Assembly (NCBI GenBank): GCA_937922235.1
Contig: CAKZVC010000009.1
Span: 35,096 to 99,095 of the forward strand
Origin: an uncultured Acidimicrobiales bacterium
Lineage (GTDB): Bacteria; Actinomycetota; Acidimicrobiia; Acidimicrobiales; SHLQ01
Direction of reading: 5' to 3'
Length of the DNA stretch: 64,000 nt
How positions within the stretch are numbered: the first letter of the stretch is position 1; every line of letters starts with the position of its first letter. Below are positions 62,301-64,000 of this stretch, one piece after another. The notes under the pieces are model-generated. The model was not told the origin of the DNA, ran no database searches, and saw only the letters and a list, made by a program, of their open reading frames with translations. The translations under genes and the position numbers were made by a program.

Positions 62301-64000
62301 TGACCCAACGAGTGAGCTCGGTGCGGTTCTTGCCGCCGTTCTCATCGGTGACGACGGCGCTCACCCGGTACTGACCGCCGGTTTCGGTGTCGAACGAGCA
62401 GCGTTGTGCTTCATCGGACGAGGTCAATGGGCACGTTTGCGTGTTGGTAGCTACCTGGCTCCACTCGCCATCGACGCGGCGCCACTCCAGAACCTCGGCA
62501 AGGACATCGAACGACACTCCATCGACGTTGGCTCCATCGATATCGGTAACGATCGCGTTGATCTCCATCGGCTCGCCGCGGCGAACGAATGTGCTCTGGC
62601 CCTGAAGGCCGACGTAGTTCTGACCCGAGTGCACCAGCAGGGAAGTGTCCGCTGACCACACCTGACGGTTGACGTCCATGACCGCCGCGTTCGCAGTCAC
62701 GGTCGATGGGGTTTCGGTTGACGCTTCGCCGAAGGCGATCTGCAGATAGTGGCTGCCGGTTGCGTCGGTGGTGCCGGTGAACTGCTCGAACGATGCGTTC
62801 TCGCTGCCGGGGAAGCCGTTGTCAAAGCCACCGTCAAAGCCGTTGGTGCTGGCGTACCACCACGGGATCCAGCGTCCGAAGGTGAAGTCGGCCCAGTTCG
62901 GCGGGCGGTAGGTGGTCTCTTGCGTGGTGACTGTCCAGTCGACCTGGGCGTTCGGCAATGGGCCGCCGGAGAAGTAGCTCGCCTCGACCGCAACCGTTGC
63001 CGGTTCGGAGGTGAAGTACGGGCCCGATGTTTCGTTGCGAGCAGACACCTCGAACTCGGGGCGTCGGAACTCCTGCACCTGGAAGCTGTGCTGATGGCGA
63101 GCGTTAGAGGTCGAGATCTGCACTCGAGCCTGTCCGAGGTTCGTGCCCTCAGGAAGGTCGAACTCGGCATCGAACCCACCGAGCACGCTGACATCGCTGG
63201 TGCCGGTAGCGAGCTCGTTGCCCTGGGGCCCAAAGACGATCCAGTCAACCGACGTCGCCTCGGCTGGCAATTCGAGCTCGGCATCTTCGATGTTGTTGCG
63301 GGTTCGCATCCAGCCCTTCAGTCGGACCGATTCGCCCGGCTTGTAGATGCCTCGGTCGTCAATGACATACCACTGGGTCTGGTTGACGATGGTCTGCTTG
63401 TCGCCGCCGCCCCACAGCCATACGAGGTCGTCGCCCTTGCGTGCAACGAGTCCTTCGTAGACTCCGGTGATCGGCAGGCGAGCCGTGCCATCAGCTCCGG
63501 TCGTGAGCGACTGCGTGCTGCTCGTCAGCTGGACGGTCACACCGCTGAGTGGCTCGCCGGTGTCGAGGGCAGTCGTCACGACGACGACATCGCGCCCGTC
63601 GTTGTACGTGTCGAGGCCGATGTTGGTGCGCTGGGCCCACGTGGTTTGGCGACGGTTGTTCCAGTAGAGGTTGTCATTGCGATCGAGGTCGCCGAGGCGT
63701 CCGACCGGTTCGACCGAAACGACGATCTGGCCCGTGCTGTTCTCGAAGTAGGTGCCAAGCGGGATCTCGAAGAAGGTGAGCTCGTTCTCTTCGGCTCCGG
63801 TGTCGATCTCTTCGTTGACGATCTCTCGTCCAGGCGCAGGCGGTGGGTTGTCGTCGTCGAAGCGGTTACGCCACGTGACGTACGGTCGCCAATCGTCCGG
63901 CGTGACTTCTCGAATTCGGATTCGGAGCTTCTCGTGATTCATGACCGGCACGGTGAGTGTTGGGTTGTCGGCCATTGGGTCGAGGACGATCGGATCTCCC
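59395..64000 (-). CDS. Alpha-2-macroglobulin family protein, thioester-less; 5' end probably outside the window
   Basis: More than 1526 aa. MG-domain repeats, a TED-like region (GMQNRDGGFPYWQRG) and a C-terminal receptor-binding-like end (GAGRLYYRLGLDYAP). The frame stays open from the ATG at 63975 to the window edge. Confidence 0.85.
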   Translation of the reverse strand, partial: GDPIVLDPMADNPTLTVPVMNHEKLRIRIREVTPDDWRPYVTWRNRFDDDNPPPAPGREIVNEEIDTGAEENELTFFEIPLGTYFENSTGQIVVSVEPVGRLGDLDRNDNLYWNNRRQTTWAQRTNIGLDTYNDGRDVVVVTTALDTGEPLSGVTVQLTSSTQSLTTGADGTARLPITGVYEGLVARKGDDLVWLWGGGDKQTIVNQTQWYVIDDRGIYKPGESVRLKGWMRTRNNIEDAELELPAEATSVDWIVFGPQGNELATGTSDVSVLGGFDAEFDLPEGTNLGQARVQISTSNARHQHSFQVQEFRRPEFEVSARNETSGPYFTSEPATVAVEASYFSGGPLPNAQVDWTVTTQETTYRPPNWADFTFGRWIPWWYASTNGFDGGFDNGFPGSENASFEQFTGTTDATGSHYLQIAFGEASTETPSTVTANAAVMDVNRQVWSADTSLLVHSGQNYVGLQGQSTFVRRGEPMEINAIVTDIDGANVDGVSFDVLAEVLEWRRVDGEWSQVATNTQTCPLTSSDEAQRCSFDTETGGQYRVSAVVTDENGGKNRTELTRWVSGGKSRPSTSVERQSAELVPDQETYQPGDTAEVLVQSPFGPAEGLLILTRNKIVETRRFTIENDTTVLDIPIDASQIPNIDVHVELTGTAPRLDDDGEPVAGAKPRPAYASGQLSLRIPPISRTLEVVATPASDAIEPGAETEVDVTVRDATGAPVEGAELLMVVVDEAVLALSSYELTDPIETFYRPLQSNLRSAHTRRLIRLSKPELPNLPGPVSPQSGDVAQIAADGDAMEAVDEAMEESADFTAATSARAAVRQKADGEPIEVRSNFDALAVFEPELTTDADGTATMSFTMPDNLTRYRVMIVAVAGDDTFGSGESNITARLPLQVRPSAPRFLNFGDVFELPVVVQNQTDDDMVVDVVLEATNLTLTGPSGKQVTVPANDRVEVRFDAEANEAGTARFQAAAVSGDNADAATISLPVYTPATSEAFATYGVIDDGAVFQPLIGPAEVWPQFGGLEINTSSTAVQALTDAVIYVHEYEYRSSDAAASQILSIAALRDVLSEFDAADMPTEAELNQSVNNSIETLVGMQNRDGGFPYWQRGRRSAPYNSVHAAHALVVARQAGFDVPQQTLNSALSYLQNIEEHLTEWSAASRTTVSAYALRVRALNNDRDAAKAENIYNSYSDHSLDALAWLFPVVSNSGIRTEIARTFNNRVTETAAGATFVNNYSDDDYVLLHSNRRTDGIVLGALITEDPDSDLIPKIVNGLLANKTKGRWGNLQENTFILLALNEYFDTFEDADPDFVARVWLGGTYVAEHTYKGRTTEQNQTVVPMSVLIDEGDTNIVLNKTGAGRLYYRLGLDYAPEDLNLDPLDRGFVVQRTYEAVNDPEDVWKDDDGNWHVKAGAEVRVTLDMTADSRRTHVALVDPLPAGLEILNPALTPTEELSPNARSSNSWWWWQWFSHQNLRDDRAEAFTSYLRAGTYDYSYIARATTPGTFVVPPTKAEEMYAPETFGRSSTDILIVEAD

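Overview
High-GC (about 60-65%) chromosomal segment, gene-dense, with actinobacterial-type content: ZAS anti-sigma factor, DivIVA, LigC, CadI, a DUF222-HNH '13E12-like' gene and a Cheo-type SOS box. All calls come from reading the supplied translations and DNA by eye; no searches were run. I support about 55 protein-coding genes. Left to right they are: an ECF sigma/anti-sigma pair with DUF4383; an aldo-keto reductase and a nitrilase; two signal-less PhnD-like proteins; a PAS-GGDEF(degenerate)-EAL protein; a sulfotransferase-like/racemase-like cluster with a divergent LysR; HglS(YdcJ) plus a saccharopine dehydrogenase-like gene; a translationally coupled ArsR-SDR-HyuA-HyuB-FAD oxidoreductase operon; a DMT transporter and a P450; a secreted beta-propeller protein; a beta-carbonic anhydrase; a RibD_C/DHFR-like gene; a NicO-type Ni/Co transporter; a lipoprotein; a HAD/ornithine cyclodeaminase-like/aminotransferase operon; a cadI/arsR metal module; an MFS transporter; a 5'-3' exonuclease; DivIVA; DUF2339; recR-ybaB-dnaX; an MFS/TolB-like/MBOAT/AlgX-J-like operon; a frameshifted serpin; an SOS-box-preceded DUF222-HNH gene; an EF-G paralogue; LigC; an FMN reductase; a 1202-aa secreted FN3x3-SGNH protein; an acyl-CoA dehydrogenase; an acidic lipoprotein; VOC; LOG; and a large thioester-less alpha-2-macroglobulin running off the right edge. 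I found no rRNA, tRNA, CRISPR array, transposase or integrase. The most unusual observations are these. (1) A 147-bp inverted-repeat element is inserted in frame inside hyuB, and a second copy sharing a 27-nt identical core lies in an intergenic region 16.6 kb away. (2) An in-frame TGA cuts through an I78 inhibitor-like domain of a lipoprotein. (3) A 1-nt frameshift in a C-run splits a lipoprotein serpin. (4) A 460-bp low-GC intergenic region upstream of DUF2339 carries a long hairpin and 9-bp-periodic repeats. (5) The MBOAT/AlgX-J-like acylation operon carries an apparently pseudopilin-like C-terminal domain. (6) A candidate leader peptide and hairpins precede the EF-G paralogue. Three protease-inhibitor families (I78-like, serpin, A2M) occur in this one window, and two of them are disrupted.
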